Source: a virus
Strand: one strand, 5' to 3'
IMG/VR virus record: IMGVR_UViG_3300028490_000005
Span: 18,338 to 82,337 of that record
Length of the DNA: 64,000 nt
Shown here one piece after another: positions 42,209 to 52,691 of this stretch (positions are counted from its first letter, which is position 1; the number at the start of each line of letters is the position of its first letter). Made by a program: the position numbers and the translations under genes. Below the pieces are notes generated by a model. It did not search any database. It had not been told where the DNA came from and saw nothing but the letters and a program-made list of their open reading frames with translations.

Positions 42209-43033
42209 ATGGCATTAGGAATAAAATTCAGAGGAAACTTGAAACAAAATTTAAGTCCTCACCATGAAGGAGAAATACTTCATGCAGCAGATACAAATGA
42301 ATGGGGTCTTGTTTTCTCGAACAATGGTGCCCTTGACATTATCTGGCGTCAAAACGAGAGTACTCAACACATATTTTCAGGTGACGATACTCCAAATCTA
42401 GATGTTGGTCAAAATTATGATTACTACATCGACAATACATCAAACATATTATATAGAAAAAATGGGCATTGGGCACAAGTTGAATATCCAGCAGGACTAG
42501 CTTTCTTTACTAAATTCTTACCAATCCCAGGAATTGCAGATTACACTAAAACTCTCAGAACAGACGGGTCAGTCTTAATAGACGGCGTCACAACTCTCCC
42601 AAATGAAGTTTCAACATATGAATACCTATTGAGTAGATCTACTATATCATCTGATGGCGATAGAAAGTTTCTTGATAATATGGTTACTGATAAATTCGGT
42701 GCCATTTTCAGGAATGCGAATGTTGTTCCCGCAGTTGAAAGAAGCGTTGAATGGGAAGAATATGTTGGTAGTAGAAGTGGTATGGGTGGTTTAGAAATTG
42801 TAGTTAAGAATTCTGATGATGCTACAGTTTTCCATAATGACCAATGGTTAAGGAAAGAATTGAAGTTTGACATTTTAGTAACTACACCAGAAAGACCAAA
42901 GTTAAAAGGGGTACAAGGTGGAGAGATTGACATCATAGATAATTGTGATGGAACATATTCACTACAAAGCAGTGATGATATCACCCACTTTCAAATAGTC
43001 GGTGCAGATTATATATATCAAGAAAGTCAATAA
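42209..43033 (+). CDS. Tail-fibre/virion-appendage-like protein, N-terminal part
   Basis: GEILHAADTNE N-terminal motif shared with 45053 (GTVVLATDTNE); G..YDYYID....LY.K.G.W fibre motif. Confidence 0.55.
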   Translation: MALGIKFRGNLKQNLSPHHEGEILHAADTNEWGLVFSNNGALDIIWRQNESTQHIFSGDDTPNLDVGQNYDYYIDNTSNILYRKNGHWAQVEYPAGLAFFTKFLPIPGIADYTKTLRTDGSVLIDGVTTLPNEVSTYEYLLSRSTISSDGDRKFLDNMVTDKFGAIFRNANVVPAVERSVEWEEYVGSRSGMGGLEIVVKNSDDATVFHNDQWLRKELKFDILVTTPERPKLKGVQGGEIDIIDNCDGTYSLQSSDDITHFQIVGADYIYQESQ

Positions 43034-43092
43034 GATGTACTTTAATTACTCAGATTACAATAATAATTTATTAAGATTAAAAGGAGAATAAT

Positions 43093-43935
43093 ATGGCAGC
43101 AATAGCACCAAACGACTGGTTCTTATATGGAGACCACTCACCAATTACAAAAATAGAAATTAAAAAAATGAAAACGGTAAATAATCTATATGATTCTTTT
43201 AGAGGGTTGGATAGATTATCTGAGTTTATTTGTGACTTCGATCAAATGGAAAATGTGGTTGTACTTGATCACACTTGGCATCTTTGTCTTAATTTAGATT
43301 CAATACCATTAATAGATACATCGAAAGTAATAAACTTCAATAATGCATTCTTTGGTTGTCGATCATTGACTTCATTTCCTTTAATAGATACATCGAAAGT
43401 GACTCACATGGGGGCAGCATGGAACTATTGTGACTCATTAACTTCATTCCCTTTAATAGATACATCAGAAGTAATAAGAATGGGTAGTACTTGGTCTAAT
43501 TGCCGATCATTGACTTCATTCCCTTTAATAGATACATCGAAAGTAACTTTTATGACAGCAACATGGAACTATTGTGACTCATTAACTTCATTCCCTTTAA
43601 TAGATACATCAGAAGTAACATCCATAGATATCGCTTGGGCTAATTGTCAATCATTGACTTCATTTCCTTTAATAGATACATCGAAAGTGATAACAATGGG
43701 TAGCACTTGGTCGAATTGTAAAAAAATAACTTCATTTCCTTTAATAGATACATCGAAAGTTGAGGCATTCGGATACACTTGGGCTAATTGTGACTTATTG
43801 ACTTCATTTCCAACACTTGATGTGTCAAGTGGTACAAATTTTTATGGTACTTGGTCATTCAACACTCCAGTGTGTCCGCGAGATGATGGTTCAATTACAT
43901 TCCCAGTTGGTGCTGATGTCGGTTCGGCGTGTTAA
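43093..43935 (+). CDS. DUF285/BspA-like leucine-rich repeat protein
   Basis: 24-aa repeats W.NC.SLTSFPLIDTSKV. Confidence 0.8.
   Translation: MAAIAPNDWFLYGDHSPITKIEIKKMKTVNNLYDSFRGLDRLSEFICDFDQMENVVVLDHTWHLCLNLDSIPLIDTSKVINFNNAFFGCRSLTSFPLIDTSKVTHMGAAWNYCDSLTSFPLIDTSEVIRMGSTWSNCRSLTSFPLIDTSKVTFMTATWNYCDSLTSFPLIDTSEVTSIDIAWANCQSLTSFPLIDTSKVITMGSTWSNCKKITSFPLIDTSKVEAFGYTWANCDLLTSFPTLDVSSGTNFYGTWSFNTPVCPRDDGSITFPVGADVGSAC
43290..43830 (+). repeat. About seven to eight tandem 72-bp coding repeats
   Basis: ACTTCATT(T/C)CCTTTAATAGATACATC(G/A) recurs every 72 bp. Confidence 0.9.
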
Positions 43936-43951
43936 ATGAAAAGGAGATAAT

Positions 43952-45034
43952 ATGATAGGAAAAATAATTTTAAGAACGGGTGTAGAGCCCACAGATAGAG
44001 AAATTACATTCAAAAATGATAAGATTGCTACCAAAGAAAAGGGTATCACAACTTCTAGAGGGATTTTCAACTGGACTACAGTAACTGGTGGTCCACTCGA
44101 TACTGTACAAGGAATAATAGACGATTTGAATACATCTGATCTAACTAATGTTTTATTATACAATAGTTTCAAAGATAAAAAATTCAATAGATATTTTAGA
44201 ATTAACGGTACATTTGTAAAATTCCCTAGTGGATTAAATGAAACAAATGCACTAGCTACATATGTAGCAAAGGTTGACTCATCTATATATTTGAGAAAGG
44301 ATCTTCAAAATGGTATATTAGAAAGCTATACTGCCACAGATCCTCAAGGAATAGTTGCGAAAAGACAAGCTGACCCACTATTTGTGAAGTCTACTGAGTT
44401 GTTGATGGATGATGATTTCGTTAATACTAAAGAATTTGAACCTCACGTTGTTGATGATGAAGCCATGTATGTTAGGTTGGATACAACCGAACCTACTGGA
44501 ATGGGATTACTTTGGAATGACAAAGGTGAAATTAGAAGAACTCAAGAAGTTAAATTTGAGCTTGAGGTGACTACATTACAACCAGGAAAAGACGCTGATA
44601 GATACATACCAAAAATAAGAGCCCTTCAATCTTTCACACCAAAAGTGTATATAATCAGGAATTCAGTAATTTCATTTACGATACGTTCATATTCGAAGGT
44701 GGAAAAATTCAGACTAATTGGGGAAGGTATAACAACAGTTGAAGTGAAAAAGTTGGGTGTTGATTCCCTCTCAAATTCGTTTAACGGTCTCCATGAGCTT
44801 ACTGAATTCATTTGCCCGTTCGAAGCAACTGCGAACATTACTAATTTCTACAGTGCTTGGGAGGACTGTCCTAAACTTCACGAGAACACATTCCCGTCCA
44901 TTGATGTTAGTTCTGCAAATCAACTTTCTCGAGCTTGGTTTGGAACATTCACTTCAATTAATTGTCCAGGAACTAACGGGATTGTCACGGTGCCAGCTGG
45001 TGCATATACACATGACATGTGTTCTCCAACATAA
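43952..45034 (+). CDS. Fibre-like protein with C-terminal DUF285/BspA-like module
   Basis: EFICPFE..NITNF..AW.DC...FPSIDVSS; C-terminal CPG..G...P.GA....C. Confidence 0.6.
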   Translation: MIGKIILRTGVEPTDREITFKNDKIATKEKGITTSRGIFNWTTVTGGPLDTVQGIIDDLNTSDLTNVLLYNSFKDKKFNRYFRINGTFVKFPSGLNETNALATYVAKVDSSIYLRKDLQNGILESYTATDPQGIVAKRQADPLFVKSTELLMDDDFVNTKEFEPHVVDDEAMYVRLDTTEPTGMGLLWNDKGEIRRTQEVKFELEVTTLQPGKDADRYIPKIRALQSFTPKVYIIRNSVISFTIRSYSKVEKFRLIGEGITTVEVKKLGVDSLSNSFNGLHELTEFICPFEATANITNFYSAWEDCPKLHENTFPSIDVSSANQLSRAWFGTFTSINCPGTNGIVTVPAGAYTHDMCSPT

Positions 45035-45052
45035 TAAATATAAGGAATATAA

Positions 45053-46576
45053 ATGAAAGGAATAATTTTAAGTAAAGGAACAAAGAGTGAGTTTGAATCA
45101 ATGAACATCACTGATAGAATTTCGGGAACTGTTGTTCTCGCTACTGATACAAACGAAGTAGGAGTTATATCCTCTGAAAAACTCTATATATGGAGAAAAT
45201 GGCAAGAAGGTGATTCAAATTCACTTAAACATGATGGGGAACTGATTACTCTAGACGACGGTGGGTTATTCGTTGACAGTGATGGTAATGAACATTATCT
45301 AGATAACGGAGAGTTGTTACCAGTTGAAATTGGAATCAGTGAACAAAGAGCTAATGAAATTCTAGAACCTAATTGGCATAATGCTCAGGACTTCCCGTTT
45401 ATTGGTCAATATGACAATTTAGTAACTGCAACAGTTACTAAAGATGAAGATATCATTACAAATACTTATGTTGATGATGTATTGGTTGCCGATAATATTC
45501 AACAAAAAGGAAAAGTGATTGGAAACATAGACTTTTCAGAAGCTGGAATCAACTCAAAGACTATAGTGAATTTAAACTACCTTATGGAACACCCAGAAAA
45601 ATTCCCTAATGAAGATCCTTGTGACAAAGGAATGGCTGGAGTGTTGTGGACACCAAACGGTGGTGCAGACATTATATTGAGTGGTTCTTGGTCAAATGGT
45701 GAACAAAGGTGTAGAGTGTTTGAAATAATAGTTCAAGGTGAACAAAATGGTGATAATGATCCAACAATATCTATGCAAGTACCTCTGGGTCAAAGTGTAA
45801 CTCGTGAATTCTTTGACATGGATCACCCAAATTCTGAAACTAAACATTACGCCATTAGGTTCTCTAGTAATGAACCAATAACTTCATTTAAACTGCTGGC
45901 TCAAGGTAGTTCAGTAATTAGCACAAATGTTAATATCATCAAATTTAAAACAGTGACATCCATGAATGAAGCGTTCATGGGTATGAACAATTTAGGAAGT
46001 TTTACGTGTCCATTTGACCAGACTGAGAATGTCACTGATTTTTCCAATGCGTTCAATGGTTGTAGTATCCCTGCAGGTCAATTTCCATCTATTGACGTGA
46101 GTTCAAGTAATTCATTTGTAAGGACTTGGTATAATTGTCCACAACTTTTAGGTGCGAACTGCCCAGGAACAGATGGTACATTGGTTATACCAACTGGTGC
46201 TGATACAACTGAAATGTGTGGGATTCCATCTATTTGGGGACATTATAGAGTGACATCTGCAAATAATCCTGATGGATATTTTAATTCAATAGCGTTTGCT
46301 GATGGTTCAAAAGGATCAATTGAGTTCCTTGATGGGGCAGATTATGGACTTACTAAAATGGAATTTGCTTCATACGAAGATTTCCCATTAAGACTTTTAA
46401 CTAATGTGGTGCCAAATGACCAAGCACTATTCATTGCTACTGGTGACAAGTCTAATAAAAGAATGGTTGGTGGGGCAAGTAATCAAATAAACACTTTTGG
46501 TACTCCATTCCAAGGTTTAATGGAAGATGGTGTTTCACATGAATTCTATATTAAGATGGATGTATATAACCAATAA
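45053..46576 (+). CDS. Fibre-like protein with DUF285/BspA-like module and extra C-terminal domain
   Basis: LATDTNE; FTCPFDQTENVTDF..AF.GC...FPSIDVSS; CPGTDG. Confidence 0.6.
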   Translation: MKGIILSKGTKSEFESMNITDRISGTVVLATDTNEVGVISSEKLYIWRKWQEGDSNSLKHDGELITLDDGGLFVDSDGNEHYLDNGELLPVEIGISEQRANEILEPNWHNAQDFPFIGQYDNLVTATVTKDEDIITNTYVDDVLVADNIQQKGKVIGNIDFSEAGINSKTIVNLNYLMEHPEKFPNEDPCDKGMAGVLWTPNGGADIILSGSWSNGEQRCRVFEIIVQGEQNGDNDPTISMQVPLGQSVTREFFDMDHPNSETKHYAIRFSSNEPITSFKLLAQGSSVISTNVNIIKFKTVTSMNEAFMGMNNLGSFTCPFDQTENVTDFSNAFNGCSIPAGQFPSIDVSSSNSFVRTWYNCPQLLGANCPGTDGTLVIPTGADTTEMCGIPSIWGHYRVTSANNPDGYFNSIAFADGSKGSIEFLDGADYGLTKMEFASYEDFPLRLLTNVVPNDQALFIATGDKSNKRMVGGASNQINTFGTPFQGLMEDGVSHEFYIKMDVYNQ

Positions 46577-47146
46577 ATAGTTAATCTTTAAGCTTGTTTT
46601 AAGCGAATGTACGGTATAATGGTATATAAACTTAAAAAGGCTTAAAAATGATAAAAACTCCAAAAATCGGTGAAACTTATATCACTAACGAAACTGCTTC
46701 AATCTACGTCATGTCCGACATGACGGGTGAAAACCTTACTCCAGTCAACGACATCAAAAATAAAAAAGCTACATTAATGAGAATTAAAGAATATGATAAT
46801 TCTGATGCACTCCTTGGATTCAAATTAGAATCAGAAGATGGTGAATGTACGAGAACTCTTTATGGTTCTGAAGATAACTTATTTTGGTTATATGCAGACG
46901 AATTAGACGAATTATCTACGGAAGAAGCGTAATATGAGCACTACAGAGATATGTTTAATGACACTCACCGTGATATATGGTATAGTTCTATTATATATCA
47001 CCTACAAGGAGAGTAGAGAGTCTAAACGACTTTCAGTGCAGTATTACTCAGAATTGGAAAAACACCTCAGAGGAGAGCCGAATTCGTTCGAAAGTGCTTC
47101 AGAGGAATATAAAAGATTCTTATCTTAAAAGTTTGAAAGGCTTAAA

Positions 47147-47290
47147 ATGACATTAGAAAAATTTCAAGAAAAAATGACCGAATTAAAATCAGAATACAAT
47201 CACTTTATTGAGGAAGAAGAATTTGCATCTGCTTGTCATGTTATGGACTTAATGTTAGATCTAAAATTTAATTTCGAAAAGGAAAACTAA
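47147..47290 (+). CDS. 47-aa acidic peptide (not in track)
   Basis: Preceded by the 3' half of the repeat (AAAGTTTGAAAGGCTTAAAATG). Confidence 0.6.
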   Translation: MTLEKFQEKMTELKSEYNHFIEEEEFASACHVMDLMLDLKFNFEKEN

Positions 47291-47912
47291 TGGAAAATGG
47301 AACATACAAAGGCGTCGTGATCGTAACGACTTATTTCAGGGATTGGAAATCTACTGAATTTAATTACGGTGATTATTCTGGTGTACTCACTCACCCAACG
47401 GTCGGAACAAAAAATTTTCATAGTGCCCATATTTATTGTGGTGGTGATAGTAGATTATTAGTGAGAACTTTAGGCTTAGTTGCTCATCCACTGGACGTCG
47501 AACGTTCAAGAAACACGAAAGGTGTTTCAGGTTACTTACTCCACCCAATAAATGATTTTGGTGATTTGAATTCAAATCAAATTATAATTGAAATTGCTAG
47601 ACAAATTAAATCTATAGGTGACTGTTTTGATTCGAATTGTGAACGCAATTTTCATATCTCATAATTAAGCAAGGTTTAAGCCAAATTAGGGTATAATAGT
47701 ATATAAACTAAAAAGGCTTAAAATGACATACCAAGAAACTCAAGAAATCCAAAAAGATAAAAGACAATTATTATATGCTTCTATGAAAGAGCTTGGTTTG
47801 TACCCAATTACACAACACCCTTCTTATGAAGAAGATTTAGCGTATGATATCGATGATGTTATAGAACTCATGGAAACAATTCAACAAATCCAAACTACTC
47901 AAGGAGCTTAAT

Positions 47913-48194
47913 ATGAGACAAATTAATATGTACTTAGACGATATTAGAGACCCAAAGGGTGAGTTTGATATTATTACTAGAACTTCACAAGAAGCTATTG
48001 ATTGGATGTATGAATTTGGTTGCCCCGACTTCATTTCTTTCGACCATGATCTTGGTGGTGATGATACTGCTATGAGAGTCGTGAAGTGGATGGTTGAAAG
48101 AGACCTAGATAATGGCAATTCTTCAATACTGGTGTCCAAAACACCACACAACAAAAAGACTTACAAGGTTAGAAGGTTGGATGAATTGGGGTGA
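47913..48194 (+). pseudogene. Cyclic-phosphate-processing receiver-like domain, apparently C-terminally truncated
   Basis: YLDDIR.P and ISFDHDLG present; the expected HSxN motif is absent and the frame runs into the 48112 ORF. Confidence 0.55.
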
Positions 48195-50839
48195 TTATGG
48201 TAAGGGGATGGTTCGAAAGGCTTGTTTTACGAGAATTAAACCAATTTGTCAAATTTGTAGACAACCTATGGTTTATGCTGGGAGTAATTTACCAAAGAAA
48301 AAGAAAGGTAAGAAATGAGACGCACATATAATTCATGTCTAGAAGGTGTTATGCAAGATCACGAAATGTCAGACAAGGCTCAAAGAGCGTTTGCCGTTGG
48401 TTTTGAAATTGGTGAACAAGGTGCAGAAGATGGTGTTTTTCTCACTGAATGTTTAGAGAAAGCATCAGCGATGGCAGTTTTGATTTTTGGTTCTACAAAT
48501 GAAGCTACTTTCTTCTGTAGACGTGGTTGTATTAGTGGGTTTAATAACGCCTTAAAGGACGAAGGATGAATAAAACAAATCAGAGTCATATATTCCTTGA
48601 TGGTGACAAACTCAAGGTTATTCACGCGTATTTAGACGGAGTTGAAGCTTGGATATTTTCAAATATTTACGGGCTTGATGAAAGATTCTGTTCTGGAGGT
48701 AGATATGTTCAATACCAAGATTACACAGACAACACAGAGGGTGTACGCTACTTCGCAGAGAAGTTAGGCGTAGAATACGAAATTGATGATAGGATAAAAG
48801 ATGAAAATAGAAATAATTGAAGATATTCTTGACGGAATTACTAATGAACTTGAAAGGCTTTTCGATAAGAGATATATGTTTTATTACAATGGGTTATTCA
48901 GTCAATGGTATCTTAGACACCCAGATACAGATAGGGTACATAGACCTTCTATTTATAAATTCATGGAAAAATTTGTACCAAAAGGAACTGAATTTAGAAT
49001 GTGGGAATGCACCCATTCCCAAGTACGGTTTCCAGGTGGTGATATTGAACCAGAATTGAAAGAAATTCTTAGGAAATTAACTGAACGAAAATCTAAATTA
49101 GTTAATATTGAAGTCGGTTCTGTGTACAAAATGAATGAACCTTTATATCTGGGAAGAATTAGAGCTGACAAGGGTGCAGTTGTACATTTTGAAAAATCTA
49201 TCCCAGCTTGTGGTGGTTACAGAATAATTGTAAAACCAATCAGTGGAGATTTTGCATTGACTTGTCATTCTTCATTTTTCTCAAATTCTACTAAAGACTT
49301 TCGAGGAAATTCTGATGCATTCTATCCCTTAGATGTTCTTAAGGAAAATATTGGGCTGAGTGATTTTGGTGAGTCTATCCTTTACGACGATTATTATTCA
49401 TCAAAGATAAAAGCGACTAAGTTAGATTTAAGTGAAGTTACGGTATAATAGAATATAAAGTTAGAAAGGCTTAATATGACAATTCACACACAAGATAAAA
49501 TTAAAGATTTAATTTTACGCGTTTTATCAGGGGAAGACATTTCAGGAAGGTCTGAATTGAAAACTCTTTCATATAAAGAAATTAGCGTATATGCTAAAGA
49601 ACATAACTTAGAATTCTCTTTTGAAGATATAGGTAGAGATCAAAAATCAGATTTAATAAAAAGTATAGTGAAAAGGAATACATAAATGGGAAGAGAAAGA
49701 GATGAAGAATATAAATATAATCACTTGGTAGATTTTGTTGTAGAAGATATAGAGGGGTTTAATGACTTTGAAATTGCTTCTGCTTTGAAAGAATATTTTC
49801 TAAATTACGGTAACGGATATTGTATAATGTCATTTATCGATTTCGACGGAACTTGGTTTGCTAATGTATCAGGCTCAGTGTTTGAGAAGGGGTTTCAAGG
49901 AGCTTCTGAACCAGAAGCTGTGTATAAAGCGTGTGAGTGGATTATTGAACATGAAGCTTCTTTGGAAAAAGAAGAAACCACAGAAACTCCAAAAAATTTG
50001 AAATGGTTATGGATGATGAAATGGTGTGAATCAAATAGATTAGCTCCTGCCGATGAAGTTTCATGGAGAAAGGCTGAAGAAGCTTTCAATAATAGAGAAA
50101 TAGTGGAAAACGTCGATGTTTGATAATAAACAAACTGCATATACTGAATTAAATTTCAACGCTGTATCAGGAACAATTCTCAAATCTCATTCAAAGAGTC
50201 GCATTACTAGGTGTCACATGAAGAGTCCTATGGCTGGATATCTTTTTGATGATAGTTATCCAACACTTAGGAAAAATGGAAAGGGTATTGTTGTCCTTCA
50301 AGTGATGTTGTGTGGTGACAGCGAAATGTTAGTAGAATATATCTACAGCGAAGATTATGTAATTGAATCAGGAGAACCGAATGAATAAAGCGAAATTGAC
50401 TTATGTGATAACTATGAAATACACCACAGAGGTAGAAAAGTATGATGAAGATTATACACTAGATCAGGAGATTGCTCTTCAAACAGAATATCTCCAAAAT
50501 CAAGGTGAAGATTTACATGAAGCGTTAATTAATTCGGAATTAATTAGTGTCGAATTAAGTTCTGTCAAAAAGTTTGATCAACATGGATGATGCACTCACT
50601 TTCGAAATATTAGATAATATGATCAAACAATTCCCAACAACTCCGGATATCAATACACAGTTTAAGAATTGGGTGAAAGGTAGGCAAGAAATACCAGATG
50701 ATGCAGTGTATTTCGTGCACGAATCATTATTCAAAAATCTTATGCCAGATAAAGATATATTCATGTCCAGTTTAATTGACGAGGGTGAACTAATTGTAAT
50801 ATCGAAATCGTACTTAGAAAATATAGAAGAAATTGCTGA

Positions 50840-50899
50840 TTTAAGCAAGGCTTAAGCTACATTACGGTATAATAGAGTATAAAGTTTGAAAGGCTTAAA
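50840..50899 (+). promoter_or_regulatory. Early promoter + RBS repeat
   Basis: Two mismatches to 7826. Confidence 0.85.
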
Positions 50900-51325
50900 A
50901 TGAATTTACAAAACACTCAAAAAATTAAAAATATCCAAGACATGACTCCTTACACTCACGTGGTAATGACTTTTATTGAAGTGAACAACTTACCGTCATT
51001 TTCATACCCAGAAGTGTATGAACGTTTTGTAACTCAATTAAATTTACCTATTGAGGAATTTGAAGGAGAATTGTTTTTCGCATTCCCTGATAATTTTACT
51101 GGTTATTTTGACTTAGTGGATGCTATTAAAGAGCTAAATGATAATGACGCATTATTCTTTCAACGCAAGAGTGAGGGGTTGTCAGAGGCAGGACGTGATG
51201 TACGAGCAGCAGAACATTTAGTGGCTACAACTGAACAAGTATTGGTAGAAGCTCAAACTACTCTACGAGAAGCTAACCTTAGATTGGTTCATGCCAAAGT
51301 TGCTTCTGAAGCAGTGGTAATCTAA
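50900..51325 (+). CDS. Hypothetical protein, YPE/FFQRK family without the N-terminal domain
   Basis: LPSFSYPEVY..FV, LFFQRK. Confidence 0.65.
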   Translation: MNLQNTQKIKNIQDMTPYTHVVMTFIEVNNLPSFSYPEVYERFVTQLNLPIEEFEGELFFAFPDNFTGYFDLVDAIKELNDNDALFFQRKSEGLSEAGRDVRAAEHLVATTEQVLVEAQTTLREANLRLVHAKVASEAVVI

Positions 51326-52691
51326 TACAATTTCACTCTCTCGCCACAAGGCTAACTTATTTGAAAAGGAAAAGAAAATAAAATGACATATATAGTAAAT
51401 GCTAATAGAGATGCAGTTATGAATAGATCACACCCAGTTGGGGAGATTGTTGAATTTGTAAAGGTTTGTAAAAGTGGGTTAATACTTGTTAAGGATAATG
51501 ACGGTAAAGAATACACACTTGCAAAGTTTAACCTCGATGAATATCCACGTGGCAATAATAATGATTAAATTAGAATTACTGAAAATGATTTTAGATGATC
51601 ATTTAATTACGAATTGTGAATACAGTACAGATTATCCAAACATTATCATGTACGGACATTCTTATGAATTGAAGATAAAGAAAGTTCATGTTGGTGATTT
51701 GGCGTTTGATTGTAAGAAATTCATTCATGAGAAATACGGCGTTGTTGTAAGGTCATATACACATGACTTCTGTGTTTCAAAATTATCTTACGGTGAAACG
51801 GGTGATATGGTAACCAGTTCTATATTCTGTGACGATAGATCTGAACCATATACGATATTTCTCGCAAGCTTGTGGGTTGTAAATAACTTAAGTCCTTCTT
51901 AAGTTTAATAAGTTATAATTATAAAAAATAAAGGATACAAAAATGGGAATCAAAGCAAAAATATACTGTGGTCATGATTTTAGAGAAGAGGAAGCGAGAT
52001 TAAACTCCGTTGTTCAGGCTTGTAAAGTAGCTGATGTACAAATACCTCAAGAGGTTCAAGATAAACTGATGAAAATCTCCGATGGTTTTAACCAAGTAAA
52101 ATTGAATGTTGAATTAGAAATCAATGCAGACGGCGTAAAGCGTTTTAGAGTCAAGGCTTCTGAAATAGCGAAGACCGAAACTGAATTTGTTTATTTTGAG
52201 ATGGAACAATTCAAAACTGACAAAACTATGACTGACGAAGAAGAAACATTAGAGTTAGCAGATATTATGTTGGCTGACCCAGAAAAAGGTCCAATTAAGA
52301 AGTTCTTCTCAAAAGATGAAGGTGACATCTTCGAAGCTTTAAATTAAGCAAGGTTTAAGCTACATTACGGTATAATAGTATATAAATTAAAAGGATATGA
52401 TATGAACATACAAAACATGAAAGAGGATTTCCACATTCAATTGGAATTGAATCGAGAAGTTAAAATTGGTCAATTTCTAATAGTTGAATATGAAGATGGT
52501 GATTCTGACATGAATGGTACTTTCTATATATTAGATGAAGATAATGGTATCCAAAACTATTTACATGAAGACGCAGTTATAAAACACTCAGCTTCATGTG
52601 GTGTTGATGGAACTACAGCTTGGTATGATACCCGTGAAGACGCATTCAACACACTAACAAAATATTTCGAAAACAACTAAAAGGAAATAAT

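Larger units (their letters stand above)
48315..52680 (+). other. Accessory region of small hypothetical genes in promoter-bounded cassettes
   Basis: Promoter repeats at about 49416, 50840, 51888 and 52344. Confidence 0.55.

Noticed and set aside
43027-43070. Degenerate early promoter between the split fibre genes
   Set aside because: TACAAT is present but the spacing of the TTAAG-like boxes does not fit the consensus
43290-43830. Diversity-generating retroelement TR/VR pair
   Set aside because: Repeats are tandem and coding, differences are not adenine-specific, and no reverse transcriptase is present in the window
48801-49448. NADAR domain suggested by FYYNGLFSQWY
   Set aside because: No other NADAR motifs follow
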